Origin: Arcobacteraceae bacterium | GTDB lineage: Bacteria > Campylobacterota > Campylobacteria > Campylobacterales > Arcobacteraceae | Reading direction: 5' to 3' | Assembly: GCA_963662945.1 (NCBI GenBank) | Contig: OY759974.1 | Span: 256,001-320,000 of the forward strand | Length of the DNA: 64,000 nucleotides | Shown: piece by piece, positions 18,921 through 29,367 of the stretch | How the letters are laid out: every line of letters starts with the position of its first letter | Numbering within the stretch: the stretch's first letter is position 1 | Notes under the pieces: model-generated | Told to the model about the DNA's origin: nothing | The model's database searches: none | Seen by the model: the letters and a program-made list of their open reading frames with translations, nothing else | Position numbers and translations under genes: made by a program

Positions 18921-21900
18921 ATGAAAACAATAGCACCAATTAGCAGTTCAACTGCAAGTAAATATTACTATGAAAAAGATCCTATCTTTAATCCTGATGG
19001 TAAAGATCAAGCTAATATTGAATGGTATGGACAAATAGCAAAAGATTTTGGTATTGAAGGCAAAAATATTACAGGAGAAGAAGCTTACAATCTGTTTCAA
19101 GGTAAATCATTAGATGGTGAGGAACAATTATTAGATAGATCAAAATCTATAACAAGTGGTAATGAAAGAGCTGTATTTGATGCAATTTTAGCACCACCAA
19201 AACCTGTTTCAGCATTAGGATTAATGGAAGGTGGTGATAAAAGAATACTTGAACTTCATAAACAAGCTGTAAAAGCTACTATTGAGCATACTGAAAAAAA
19301 TATAATTGCTACAAGAGGTTATATTAAACAAGAAGATGGTTCTACTAAAAGAGAAACATATAAAACAGGTAATGCTTTGATTGCAAGTGTTAGTCATAGC
19401 ACTAATAGAAATAATGATTTGCATATGCACAATCATATGCTTATTTCAAATATGACTTATGATAAAAATACTAATTCTTATAAATCTTTAAATTTGGATT
19501 TTGTAAATGATCCAAAAGAAATGAACTCTGTTTATCAAAGTGAAATGATGAAAGGTATGAGAGAATTAGGTTATCAACTTGAAATTAGAGATAATGGTGC
19601 TTGGAATGTGGTTGGTTTTGATGAAAAAACAATTGAAGCAATGAGTACAAGAAAAGAAGAAATTGTTGATGCTAAATCAAAATTAGATTCTGATAATATT
19701 AATAAAATGACTAATAGAAAATTAGGATATGAAACTAAAAATGATAAAAATCCTAATATTACAGAAAAAGATATTCAAGAAAGAGCAAAAAATCAATTAG
19801 CTTCTGTTGGTACTACTATTCAAGAATTAAAAGAAAATGCTTTAAATCAGGGAAAATATGTTAATTATTTCTCAAGTGCAAAAGAAGTATTAGAATATAC
19901 TGCTGAAAAACTAACTCAATCAGATGCAAGATTTACTGAAAGAGAATTATTGAGTGCTGCTTCAGAAGTTGCACAAGGTGAATTTACTCATAAAGAATTA
20001 AAAAATGAATTAAGTAATGTAAAAAAGATTGGACAAAAAGAAAATAATGAACTTAAAAGATTAGGAACTGATCAAAAAGGTAATGAAGTTTTTACTACTA
20101 AAGAGATGCACCAAATTGAGAAAGAAAATATTCAATCTGTTAAAAATAATATTCAAGTTAATGGAATTATGACTAAGGAACAGGCTGAAGAAGCATATAA
20201 AGATTTTGCTAAAGAATATTTTGAACTTACAAAAGGTCAAAAAGATGCAGGTTTTCAAATATTAACTTCTACTGATCAAATTGGTGCAATTCAAGGTGAT
20301 GCAGGTACAGGTAAAAGTACAATGCTAAAATTTGTTGCTCATGCACTTGAATATCAAAATAGTAATGTTAAAGTTGCAGTTTCATCTTTAAGTAATAAAG
20401 CTGTTGAAGGTGCAAAAGGATTTTCACAAACTAAAGATGGTAAATCTTTTGAAGGTAGAACACTTCATAACTTAACTAAACAAGATGGTTTAAATAACTT
20501 TGTTAAAGGTGATCAAAAAGGACAAACTCAAAGAGTTAAAGATATTTCAAAAAATTTGAATGATATTCATTTATCAACTGGTAGTAAATCATTTAGTAAT
20601 AATAAAGGTTTTTCTATTGATCCAATGAATAAATTCTCAATAAATAGTTTTAAAAATTTTGAAACTTCAAGTAAAAGTTCAAAAACTAATTATCTTACTG
20701 GTTCTACTACTTATAAAAAAATAACAAAAGTTAAATCAGGTGAACATAAAGGTGCAACTAAAAATGAATCAACTACTGTAAATCAAAGTGGAACTTCTAT
20801 TAAATATCAATCAACAATTAAAGCAAATAATGGTGAAGTTTTTAAACAAAAAATTGAAACATTTAGTCCTGTAAAACTTGGTGGTAGAAATGGAAGTCCT
20901 ATTGCTAAGTTGGGTGAAAAAGTTATGTCAAGTTCTCATAGAGAAGTTAAAAATGATAAAGGTTTTTCTAAAGATAATAAATATTCAATTGCTGGAATTA
21001 CTTTTGAACATAAATCTGCACAAACATCTTATGGTGATCAACATAAAATGGGTATGAATATTTTAGGACTTGCTAAAGCTGAAAAAAATATTAGATCAAA
21101 TCAAACAAAAGATGGTTTAAAAGATACTACTGAAACAAAATTTAGTTTAATGGGATTAACTACTAAAAATATAGTTGAAGAAACTTATAATAAACAAGGT
21201 GAATTAACAAGTAAAGTATCAGTTAATGAAAAATCATTTATGGGTATTACTATTGGTAGAACCACTACATTAGATGATAAATCAAAAGATACTCATAATT
21301 ACTCAAAAAATGAAGATAAAATAAATAATCCAAAATTAGTTGATCAAAAAGAAATTTCTAATAAAGATGAAATGAAACAAGAATCAAAAAATATGGATAA
21401 AGATATAAAATCTGATAAAAAAGAAACTGCTTTATTGGTAGTTGATGAAGCAAGTATGATGAGTGCAAAAGATATGAATGTTATTTTTAAAGAAGTTGAA
21501 CAACTTAGTAAAGAGGGTTATAATGTAAGAGTTGAATTAATGGGTGATTCAAAACAATTACAAGCAATTGGTAGTGGTTCTTCATTTGATCAAATTAAAG
21601 AACAATTAGGTGATAAAGTAGCTGAAATGACTGAATCACAAAGACAAAGAAATACAACTGAACAAGGTATTACTAATCCTATTGCTCAAAAAGATATTAA
21701 AACTGCTTTTGATAATATGGAAAAAGCAGGTGCAATTAAAGAAGTTAAAGATCCTGATCAAAGAATTAATGCTGTGGTTGATGCAATTACTAAAAAAGAA
21801 AATGTTGATATTCAAAATTTTAAAGGTGAAACTGAAACTAAAAATATTGATTATAAAAATACAATTGGTTTAGCTTCTACTAACAAAGAAAATCAAGCAA

Positions 21901-22970
21901 TCAATGCAGGTGTTAGAAATGAATTAAAAAATCAAGGTTTAATCAAAAATGAAGTAAAAACTTCAATTAATGTTGGTGTGTTAAAAAATAGTATTAAACA
22001 ATCAAATGCTGTTAATTATGAAAAAGGTATGGAAGTAAAAACTTTTGAAAAAGTTAATGGAATGGCAAAAAATACTAATTATAAAGTAGTTGATATTAAT
22101 AAAAAAAATAATAGTTTAACACTAAAAACAACTGAACCTGATAAAAATGGTAATCATAAATATACTAATGTTAAAACAAAAGATATTGCAGGAAAAGTTA
22201 CTATTTCACAAAAAGAAGAAAGATCTTTTGGTGAAGGTGATAAAATTAGAATTACTGAAACTAATAAAAAAGCAGGTTTAACAAATTCTGATCAAGGAAT
22301 TATCACTAATATGGATCAAAAAAATAAAATTGCTACTATTGATTTTGGTGAAAAAGGAACTAAGCAAGTTGATTTAAAACAACAAAAAGGGATTGAATAT
22401 GGTTATTCAATGACAAATCACTCTGCTCAAGGAATTTCTGTTGATAGAGTTGTTGCAACTTTTGATACTTCAAAAAATGCTCAAATGAATACTATGAATA
22501 GTACATATGTTGCTATGTCAAGACAATCTGCAAAATCAGTTGCAATTACAGATAATAAAGAAAATTTGATGAATCAAGCAAGTAAAGAAGCTAAAAATGT
22601 TAGTACATTAGATAATCTAAAAGATGAAAAATCTAATAATAAAGTTGATCAAAAAACTGAAAATCAATCTAAAGAAAAGAATGATGTTTCAAAAGATAAA
22701 CTTGAAATTGATTCAAATAGTATCAAAGATGAAAAATCTAATAATAAAGTTGATCAAAAAATAGAAGATCAAAAAGATAAATCTGTTGATAAAGATAAAG
22801 TTAATAGAGTTGAAAGACAAACTATTAATGATTTAGGTGATTCAAAAAAATCTAATGATAAATTTAAAGCATTAGATAATATTAAAGATGAAAAATCAAA
22901 TGATATTTCAAAAGATAAATCTGATCAAAAAATTCAATCACCTCAAAAAGATCAAGGTATGTCAAGATAA
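18921..22970 (+). CDS. MOBF (TrwC/TraI-type) relaxase-helicase
   Basis: N-terminal YYY, 'FDAILAPPKPVS', HUH motif 'HSTNRNNDLHMHNH', Walker A QGDAGTGKS, VVDEASM, GDSKQL and 'T.HSAQG'. Confidence 0.95.
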   Translation: MKTIAPISSSTASKYYYEKDPIFNPDGKDQANIEWYGQIAKDFGIEGKNITGEEAYNLFQGKSLDGEEQLLDRSKSITSGNERAVFDAILAPPKPVSALGLMEGGDKRILELHKQAVKATIEHTEKNIIATRGYIKQEDGSTKRETYKTGNALIASVSHSTNRNNDLHMHNHMLISNMTYDKNTNSYKSLNLDFVNDPKEMNSVYQSEMMKGMRELGYQLEIRDNGAWNVVGFDEKTIEAMSTRKEEIVDAKSKLDSDNINKMTNRKLGYETKNDKNPNITEKDIQERAKNQLASVGTTIQELKENALNQGKYVNYFSSAKEVLEYTAEKLTQSDARFTERELLSAASEVAQGEFTHKELKNELSNVKKIGQKENNELKRLGTDQKGNEVFTTKEMHQIEKENIQSVKNNIQVNGIMTKEQAEEAYKDFAKEYFELTKGQKDAGFQILTSTDQIGAIQGDAGTGKSTMLKFVAHALEYQNSNVKVAVSSLSNKAVEGAKGFSQTKDGKSFEGRTLHNLTKQDGLNNFVKGDQKGQTQRVKDISKNLNDIHLSTGSKSFSNNKGFSIDPMNKFSINSFKNFETSSKSSKTNYLTGSTTYKKITKVKSGEHKGATKNESTTVNQSGTSIKYQSTIKANNGEVFKQKIETFSPVKLGGRNGSPIAKLGEKVMSSSHREVKNDKGFSKDNKYSIAGITFEHKSAQTSYGDQHKMGMNILGLAKAEKNIRSNQTKDGLKDTTETKFSLMGLTTKNIVEETYNKQGELTSKVSVNEKSFMGITIGRTTTLDDKSKDTHNYSKNEDKINNPKLVDQKEISNKDEMKQESKNMDKDIKSDKKETALLVVDEASMMSAKDMNVIFKEVEQLSKEGYNVRVELMGDSKQLQAIGSGSSFDQIKEQLGDKVAEMTESQRQRNTTEQGITNPIAQKDIKTAFDNMEKAGAIKEVKDPDQRINAVVDAITKKENVDIQNFKGETETKNIDYKNTIGLASTNKENQAINAGVRNELKNQGLIKNEVKTSINVGVLKNSIKQSNAVNYEKGMEVKTFEKVNGMAKNTNYKVVDINKKNNSLTLKTTEPDKNGNHKYTNVKTKDIAGKVTISQKEERSFGEGDKIRITETNKKAGLTNSDQGIITNMDQKNKIATIDFGEKGTKQVDLKQQKGIEYGYSMTNHSAQGISVDRVVATFDTSKNAQMNTMNSTYVAMSRQSAKSVAITDNKENLMNQASKEAKNVSTLDNLKDEKSNNKVDQKTENQSKEKNDVSKDKLEIDSNSIKDEKSNNKVDQKIEDQKDKSVDKDKVNRVERQTINDLGDSKKSNDKFKALDNIKDEKSNDISKDKSDQKIQSPQKDQGMSR

Positions 22971-23015
22971 AAAAAGGCAAAAAAAAACAGGGAAAAAATC
23001 CCTGTTAATATTTTT

Positions 23016-23819
23016 TTAAAATGATGAAGAGAATGAACCCTTCACACCTGAATATTCTTCATTATATCCAACTGATATAGTTAAAACTGCATTTTTATAT
23101 TTATATCCAAATCCTGCCCCAACTGCACTTGCACCATTGAAATTCACTATATTTATAGCAAAACTTCTACTACCATTATTAAAATTAAAATCTAAGTTTG
23201 TTGCCATACCTGCACTTATTTTTAGATTTTCTCTTTTATCTATATCTTTTATACTTGCTTCTAATGCTGATATTCTATTTGAATTATTTGCAATATTAGA
23301 TGTATTAGTTGCAATATTTTCAGTATTTATATTAATTTTTCCTCTATTTTCACTAATATCACTTGTATTTTGAGCAATATTAGCTGTATTTGTTGCAATG
23401 TTTGATGTATTTGTTGCTATATCATTAGTGTTTTGAGCAATATTAGTTATATCACTTGTATTTTGAGCAACATCATTTTGTAAATCACTAATATCATTAG
23501 TGTTTTGTGTAATATTATCTGTATTAGTTACAATATCATTAGTATTTTGAGCAACATCATTTTCTAAATCAACTATATTAAAACCAACACAAGAACCATC
23601 ACTTTGCCAAGTATCATTTATAGTATTATCATCACCATCATCACAATCTGAACCAATAGTATAACCACTACAATATCCACCAATCAATGTATGCCAAGTA
23701 TCATTTACTGTATTAGCATTACCATCATCACAAGCATCCCCTTCTTCTAATGCTTGTAATTCACACAATACACCTGATATTAATAATAAAAATAATTGAA
23801 AGTGTTTTTGTTTTAACAT
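23016..23819 (-). CDS. YadA-like trimeric autotransporter/adhesin with Cys-rich head repeats
   Basis: Signal peptide, 2x 'G..CDDG..NT.NDTW', N/T heptad stalk (IATNTSN) and a beta-anchor ending in F. Confidence 0.75.
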   Translation of the reverse strand: MLKQKHFQLFLLLISGVLCELQALEEGDACDDGNANTVNDTWHTLIGGYCSGYTIGSDCDDGDDNTINDTWQSDGSCVGFNIVDLENDVAQNTNDIVTNTDNITQNTNDISDLQNDVAQNTSDITNIAQNTNDIATNTSNIATNTANIAQNTSDISENRGKININTENIATNTSNIANNSNRISALEASIKDIDKRENLKISAGMATNLDFNFNNGSRSFAINIVNFNGASAVGAGFGYKYKNAVLTISVGYNEEYSGVKGSFSSSF

Positions 23820-24145
23820 AATTTATCCTTTCTATTAAATGTACAAGTTGAACATTTTTCATAAAAAATATCTAAATCACAAACAACACATCTATGATCA
23901 AAATCTTTATTATTAATATCTCTGAATTTGGTTGTATTTCTGTTTTTTGTTGAACAATACACAACATTAGATGTTGGATCAAATAGTAATTTATTTGCTA
24001 TATAAGTAGATAAAGTTGGATTTAATGCTAAATTTCTTCTCACTAACATTGAAGGATCATTTGATAACTCTTCTTGCACCTTATAATCAACTGTTTTTAT
24101 TGCTATTTCTAATTTTTCTTTGTGTGTTAATTTACTTGTGTTCAT
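23813..24145 (-). CDS. LRV-like repeat protein with two C-terminal CxxC
   Basis: 'LSNDPSMLVRRNLALNP' and CVVC..CSTC. Confidence 0.55.
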   Translation of the reverse strand: MNTSKLTHKEKLEIAIKTVDYKVQEELSNDPSMLVRRNLALNPTLSTYIANKLLFDPTSNVVYCSTKNRNTTKFRDINNKDFDHRCVVCDLDIFYEKCSTCTFNRKDKLC

Positions 24146-24290
24146 AATCTTATTTCCTTGTGTTTTAAAATTTGTTATACTTTGTTATAAGACAAACTTT
24201 TCAGAAATAATATTTTTAATACTTTTTATTAAATGATTTTAATCAGGAAAAATTAGACATAAAAAAACCTTCCCTGTTAAGAGAAGGTTG
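24143..24290 (-). repeat. Terminator-promoter-RBS block duplicated at 36233-36377
   Basis: ~145 bp near-identical block upstream of unrelated genes. Confidence 0.85.
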
Positions 24291-24309
24291 AATGAAATAA
24301 TTGTTGAGT

Positions 24310-25305
24310 TTATTTATAATTTGAACATATACCTTGTGCATAATATCTTACTTGTCCATTCTTATCATAAGTAAAATTACCTGCAATTTGTTCTGTATTA
24401 ACTCCAATAACTGTACCATCATTAAGTGATCTTAATTCAATAATATTTTGATTACTATATACTTGAATAATTATATATGTATGTGAAGTATCAACCATTG
24501 ATTTATTAGCTAAATTCACAATATCTACACCATTATTGAATTTAATTTTTGTTCCTTTTTCATAATAATCTTCAGTTATTTGATTTTTCTTTTGATCAAA
24601 ATTAACATTGTAGTTACTTGTAAAAATTTCTTTATCAATAAATTGATCAGCTCTATTAAATTCACCTTGAATAACTAAATTTAAGAATTTCCAAAATTTA
24701 GGATCTCTATATCCTACACCTCTAACTTTTGATTGATTACCATTTTTCCAAATTGAATAAGCAAAATTAGTTGCACTAATCCCATCCCCTTTAGAATATC
24801 TTTCAGTTCCATATTTATAAGTTCTAAATCCTTTTGCAAATGGTGGGTTAGTTTCAAGAATCTTTTTAAAACCTGCATCTGAATTAAGTCCTGCATCAGT
24901 CAATCTAAACATATATGAAAAAGTATTATATAAAAGATTTATATCACCATCATTTTTATATTTTTGATCAATATGATGAATATATCCTTCAACTTGAGAA
25001 CAAAATCTTCCTGTATTATAATTATACACATCACCATCAGTAGATTTAATTTGAAAATTATAATCCATACCAATAAAATCTGACATAGCAATTTTACAAG
25101 ATTTAATTGCTACTACTTCATTAACTCTTATTGAAGAATCTGAAGTATCTCTATTATCTAAATTAATAGCATTTTTATCAAATATTGATGCTAAATTCCC
25201 ATCAATATTTGAACAGAATTGTTTTTTCTCTGCTTCTGTATTAGCATATGCACTTATTGATAATGCACCTATTAGTGCTATTGTTGTTATTGTTTTTTTA
25301 AACAT
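24310..25305 (-). CDS. Secreted protein, paralog family copy 3 with C-terminal extension
   Basis: MFKKTITTIALIG, 'YIHHIDQKYKNDGDINLLY' and 'DPKFWKFL....EFNRAD'. Confidence 0.7.
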   Translation of the reverse strand: MFKKTITTIALIGALSISAYANTEAEKKQFCSNIDGNLASIFDKNAINLDNRDTSDSSIRVNEVVAIKSCKIAMSDFIGMDYNFQIKSTDGDVYNYNTGRFCSQVEGYIHHIDQKYKNDGDINLLYNTFSYMFRLTDAGLNSDAGFKKILETNPPFAKGFRTYKYGTERYSKGDGISATNFAYSIWKNGNQSKVRGVGYRDPKFWKFLNLVIQGEFNRADQFIDKEIFTSNYNVNFDQKKNQITEDYYEKGTKIKFNNGVDIVNLANKSMVDTSHTYIIIQVYSNQNIIELRSLNDGTVIGVNTEQIAGNFTYDKNGQVRYYAQGICSNYK

Positions 25306-25457
25306 ATTTTGTTTCCTTTAAATTTTAATTTGTTTAGGAAAAATTAATTCCCCTACTTAGTTATATCAAAAATAAAAAATAAAAATATTTTTTAATATTT
25401 TTTATTAACTTCTTGATCAAAAAAAATCCACACTTAATAAAAAGTGAGGATTAATTA

Positions 25458-26135
25458 CTATAAAAGTATTTTAATAGCTTCAGATCTAATTTTTTTACCA
25501 TCATATTCTTCAACTAATTTATCAGCACTTTCAAAATTTTGTTGTATTATGTATGATAAAAATTGATGAAATTTAGGATCATTAAATCCTACATATCTTT
25601 CAGATCCTTGATAACCACTTTGAAAAATGAAGTCAAACATTTCACAAGCATGATAATTATAAACTTTTAATGATAAAATATTTTCACCATAAAATGTGTT
25701 TCTTAATATAGAATTATTAGGAATAAATTTTATAAGTTCACTATTTTTATTTATTCCTCTACTAAAAAATGAAACATATGAATATAAAAGTTCAATATTA
25801 TCTTCTTTCTTATATCTATCATAAATATGTTCTATATATTTATTAAGATTTTTTCCAAATCTTATAAGATTATATGTTCTCATGTTCCCTGAAACATCTT
25901 TAATTGTAAAACCATAATCCATTCCAAGTAATTTTATTGTTGTATTACAATATCCACCACCATTTGAATCACCAAACCATCCAACTTGTTTGTATCTTTC
26001 AACATCTATTTTATTACTAATAGTTGATTGTAATCCATTAACAATTTTTTGATCTATTGGATTTAATGATTTTCCAAATAAACTTATTGATAATGCACCT
26101 AATAGTGCTATTGTTGTTATTGTTTTTTTAAACAT
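25458..26135 (-). CDS. Secreted protein, paralog family copy 4
   Basis: MFKKTITTIALLG (ATG at 26135), 'YIEHIYDRYKKEDNIELLY' and 'DPKFHQFLSY..NFESAD'. Confidence 0.7.
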   Translation of the reverse strand: MFKKTITTIALLGALSISLFGKSLNPIDQKIVNGLQSTISNKIDVERYKQVGWFGDSNGGGYCNTTIKLLGMDYGFTIKDVSGNMRTYNLIRFGKNLNKYIEHIYDRYKKEDNIELLYSYVSFFSRGINKNSELIKFIPNNSILRNTFYGENILSLKVYNYHACEMFDFIFQSGYQGSERYVGFNDPKFHQFLSYIIQQNFESADKLVEEYDGKKIRSEAIKILL

Positions 26136-26137
26136 AA

Positions 26138-26431
26138 TTAAATACCACTCATTTGTTCTTGACATAAACTCATTGATGTAAAAAACAGATAAATATATTT
26201 TTCATTATAATGAATTACAGATGTACCACCTGCACTTTCTACAATGAACTGTTTTTGTGTCACTATATCTCTTAATTTATCTTCTGTATATTCACATTCT
26301 TTATTAGCAAGATTATAAAAAATATTTGCTTCTTCATTTGTAAGTGATCTTTTTTCCCATTTTACATCTGCCATTGCACTTGTTGATAATGCACCTAATA
26401 GTGCTATTGTTGTTATTGTTTTTTTTAACAT
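26138..26431 (-). CDS. Small secreted protein sharing the same signal peptide
   Basis: MLKKTITTIALLGALSTSAMAD; upstream DNA nearly identical to 25306-25410. Confidence 0.65.
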   Translation of the reverse strand: MLKKTITTIALLGALSTSAMADVKWEKRSLTNEEANIFYNLANKECEYTEDKLRDIVTQKQFIVESAGGTSVIHYNEKYIYLFFTSMSLCQEQMSGI

Positions 26432-26603
26432 ATTTTGTTTCCTTTAAATTTTAATTTGTTTAGGAAAAATTAATTCCCCTACTTAGTTATATCAAGAAAA
26501 TAAAATAAATATATTTTTTAATACTTTTTATTAAGTTCTTGATATTTTATGTTCAATAGAACATATTAAAATAATTTTTTTATTTCAAAATCAAATAAAA
26601 TAT

Positions 26604-26963
26604 TTAATCATCATATCCCATATAGTTCACATCATCATAAAATTCTTTTGCACTTAATCCTAAACTTAAAGCAAAAAAAGCAACTATAAATCCAACTATT
26701 ATTGCTATTATCCAATGTTGTGAAGATATTGCTAATGAAAATCCAAATATTCCCCATCCTATTGAATAAGCATATATTAAATAATCACCAAATTTTGTTT
26801 GAACAATAAACCATAAAACAAAAAATAATATAAATCCAAAAAAACCATTATCAGTTATATTTGATAAAATAAAACTCAAAATAATAGTTGTAATAGTAAA
26901 ATATCCTATTCCTACATTATTCACCTCTGATTGATTATTCCCTTGTCTTATATAACTACCCAT
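26604..26963 (-). CDS. 4-TM membrane protein downstream of ardA
   Basis: Hydrophobic 119-aa ORF with RBS. Confidence 0.65.
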   Translation of the reverse strand: MGSYIRQGNNQSEVNNVGIGYFTITTIILSFILSNITDNGFFGFILFFVLWFIVQTKFGDYLIYAYSIGWGIFGFSLAISSQHWIIAIIVGFIVAFFALSLGLSAKEFYDDVNYMGYDD

Positions 26964-27005
26964 TTTAAATCCTTTTTTTTAATTACATAAAAGCCAAATT
27001 GACTT

Positions 27006-27518
27006 TTATGCTACTCTGTATATTCTCCCATTATGTAAATCATAATCAAAAGATAAATCACTTGCCATTGCATCAACATCAAGATAGTTTTCTAAATGTG
27101 GTGGTATTTCTCCAAATAAACCTTGATCAATAAATTCCCAAGCTAAATCTTTGAAATTATCATAATCATAAACTTCTAAATCATCAACTTTATTAATTGC
27201 TTCTTCTACTGAATAATTTAAACTATCTGTTAAATATGATAAACTTTCTATCTGATCATCATCTAAATCTAAATTATTATATGTATTAAATACTTCTTCA
27301 ATATTTGAATTTTCTGTAATAATTCCTAAAAAATCATTTTCCCAGTCTGCCATAAATAGTTCTAAATCATCTGAATTAAGTCCATTTAGTCTTTTAGCTT
27401 CTTTTACATACTCATAAATCTCTTCTATATCTGTTTCTTGATCAAACCATTTACATAATAATATTCCTCCATTGTTATATAATTCCCATTCTTCTACTGC
27501 TATACTTAGATTTTCCAT
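27006..27518 (-). CDS. ardA: Antirestriction protein ArdA
   Basis: Very acidic; motifs 'YNNG.L..KW', 'FMADWE' and 'GEIPPHLENYLDVDAMASDL'. Confidence 0.93.
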   Translation of the reverse strand: MENLSIAVEEWELYNNGGILLCKWFDQETDIEEIYEYVKEAKRLNGLNSDDLELFMADWENDFLGIITENSNIEEVFNTYNNLDLDDDQIESLSYLTDSLNYSVEEAINKVDDLEVYDYDNFKDLAWEFIDQGLFGEIPPHLENYLDVDAMASDLSFDYDLHNGRIYRVA

Positions 27519-28066
27519 TGTAATTTCCTTATAAAATGATTTTTCCTTTTAGAAGATTTTTTTAAGAGGGCTTGGAGATTTTTGTAATAACTTTTAATTA
27601 AGTTAAAACAATCCTCACCCTTTTAATCAACTTTCAGGATTTTTCCCCTTAGTTAGTTTCTTCAATCAGGCTTTGAAAATTAAATTGTCATTTTCATAAC
27701 TTAGAATAAAATACAAATTAGTATAATTTTATATTTAGTGTAAGTTTGCAATATGTAAGATTTGAATTGGAAAAGTTTGAAGAAACTCAATAAGATGAAA
27801 AATAAAAGTTGATCAATAAAGGTGATTGGTTTTATTAATGATATGTAATAAAAAGTTATTACCAAAATTTTAGTTTTTTGTGTTTGAATGTAATGAAAAC
27901 TTATATTATTTGATCAAAGTTTAAATGCTAAGTATTTATAATTTATGTTCTTGATCAAATACCTTGAAATTTTTTTGTTTCTTTTTTAAAAGAAATATTC
28001 ATATTTAAAAATATGAATAATGTTTTAATATATAAAAAAGGTAAATACCATTTATATATATTATTA
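27516..28066. promoter_or_regulatory. ~540-bp upstream repeat 1 with a long imperfect hairpin (27578-27868); Frpo/ssi-like single-stranded promoter candidate
   Basis: Nested inverted repeats; homologous to 29990-30527 with compensatory changes. Confidence 0.75.
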
Positions 28067-28250
28067 ATTAAGTATCTGAATAAAGTTGTTGAAACAAGTC
28101 AAGATTTTTAATTATCCTTGTGAAGAGAGTATTGCCAAATACTTAAATATTATCATAGAGATATGAAATATTTTTCTGATCAAAAAAACCATAACAAATA
28201 ATTCAAATGATGAAAAAAATACTTCATAGTATTTTTGTAATCTTTTGTTT
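28065..28250 (+). repeat. Dispersed structured module A3 (diverged)
   Basis: Palindrome variant AAAAATACT-TCAT-AGTATTTTT. Confidence 0.85.
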
Positions 28251-28327
28251 AATTACCTTTCAAATAATAATGGATTTTTTCAAGGTCTTTATTGACTTTA
28301 TCCATTGCACCTAATAGTGCTTCATTT

Positions 28328-28720
28328 TTATTTATAAATAATTATATCTGATATTAATGCAAGAATTTTATCATCACCCTCATTTTCTTGTAAGTATTCT
28401 CTTAGCTCTTTAAAATTATTTATAATTCTGTTTTTTACATACTGATATAAATCTGCATCTATTAATTCTTTTTCTAATTTTTCATCAATATTTTTTCCAT
28501 TATCAACAAAAACTAAATCATATTTTACTTTTATTTCTGTTGTATTACTTTCTAACTTATAATCATTATATTTTGGATCAATAGAATAATCTATTTTTTT
28601 TAGATCACCATTAACAAATTCACCTTGTGCAATTATTTTATTATTTGATTTAAAATCAAATCCAATATATCTTATTGCAACTCTATTTGTTTCTAATAAT
28701 TGTTCTAATTTTTCATACAT
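28328..28720 (-). CDS. Hypothetical protein
   Basis: 130 aa with AAAGGA RBS. Confidence 0.65.
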   Translation of the reverse strand: MYEKLEQLLETNRVAIRYIGFDFKSNNKIIAQGEFVNGDLKKIDYSIDPKYNDYKLESNTTEIKVKYDLVFVDNGKNIDEKLEKELIDADLYQYVKNRIINNFKELREYLQENEGDDKILALISDIIIYK

Positions 28721-28803
28721 TATATTCCTTTATTTTTAAAGCAAATATTATATTCAAAATAACTTTAATTATTCTATTTTAACTCTTCTTTTGAATCTTT
28801 TGT

Positions 28804-28986
28804 TTAATTACCTTTCAAATAATAATGGATTTTTTCAAGATCTTTATTGACTTTATCCATTGCACCTGTATAGCTCCAACATATAGTTTTATCTTCTTCA
28901 ACATAGTTTTCAATTAACTCTTTAATTTCTTCTAACAATACTAATGCTTTATTTTTATTTTGTATATATACTTTTGTTGATGTCAT
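28804..28986 (-). CDS. Small hypothetical protein (ArdC-like operon)
   Basis: 60 aa with AGGAG RBS; its 3' end is duplicated at 28239-28312. Confidence 0.6.
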   Translation of the reverse strand: MTSTKVYIQNKNKALVLLEEIKELIENYVEEDKTICWSYTGAMDKVNKDLEKIHYYLKGN

Positions 28987-29060
28987 TTGTTTCTCCTATA
29001 ATAAAAATTCACCAATTTTAAATATTAAATCATCTACTTTTTCTAATATCTCTTTTAATT

Positions 29061-29357
29061 TCATAATAATTCCTGTTTAAGAATTTCAAGCTCTTTCCAT
29101 TTTTTTCTTGATAAAAATAAACTTTCTTTTAATTCTTGAATTGTGGTTTCTAAATGATTGATAATCATTTCTTTTTTAGATGATTTATGTTCACCAAAGA
29201 ACTTCTTGAAAAAATTATAACTTCTATCAATATAAAATTGTTCTTCTTCCTCTGAAATATGCACTAAATAGTCACTCTTTATTTGAATAGTATCTTTTAG
29301 TTGATTACCTTGATTTACAATGATATTTTGTTGCTTTTCTAATTCTGCTAAATTCAT
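29061..29357 (-). CDS. Hypothetical protein (ArdC-like operon)
   Basis: Likely start MNLAELEK at 29357. Confidence 0.55.
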   Translation of the reverse strand: MNLAELEKQQNIIVNQGNQLKDTIQIKSDYLVHISEEEEQFYIDRSYNFFKKFFGEHKSSKKEMIINHLETTIQELKESLFLSRKKWKELEILKQELL

Positions 29358-29367
29358 AATAAGTCTT

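Noticed and set aside
20480-21430. Intein in the relaxase
   Set aside because: No C/S...HN splice junctions or LAGLIDADG motifs.
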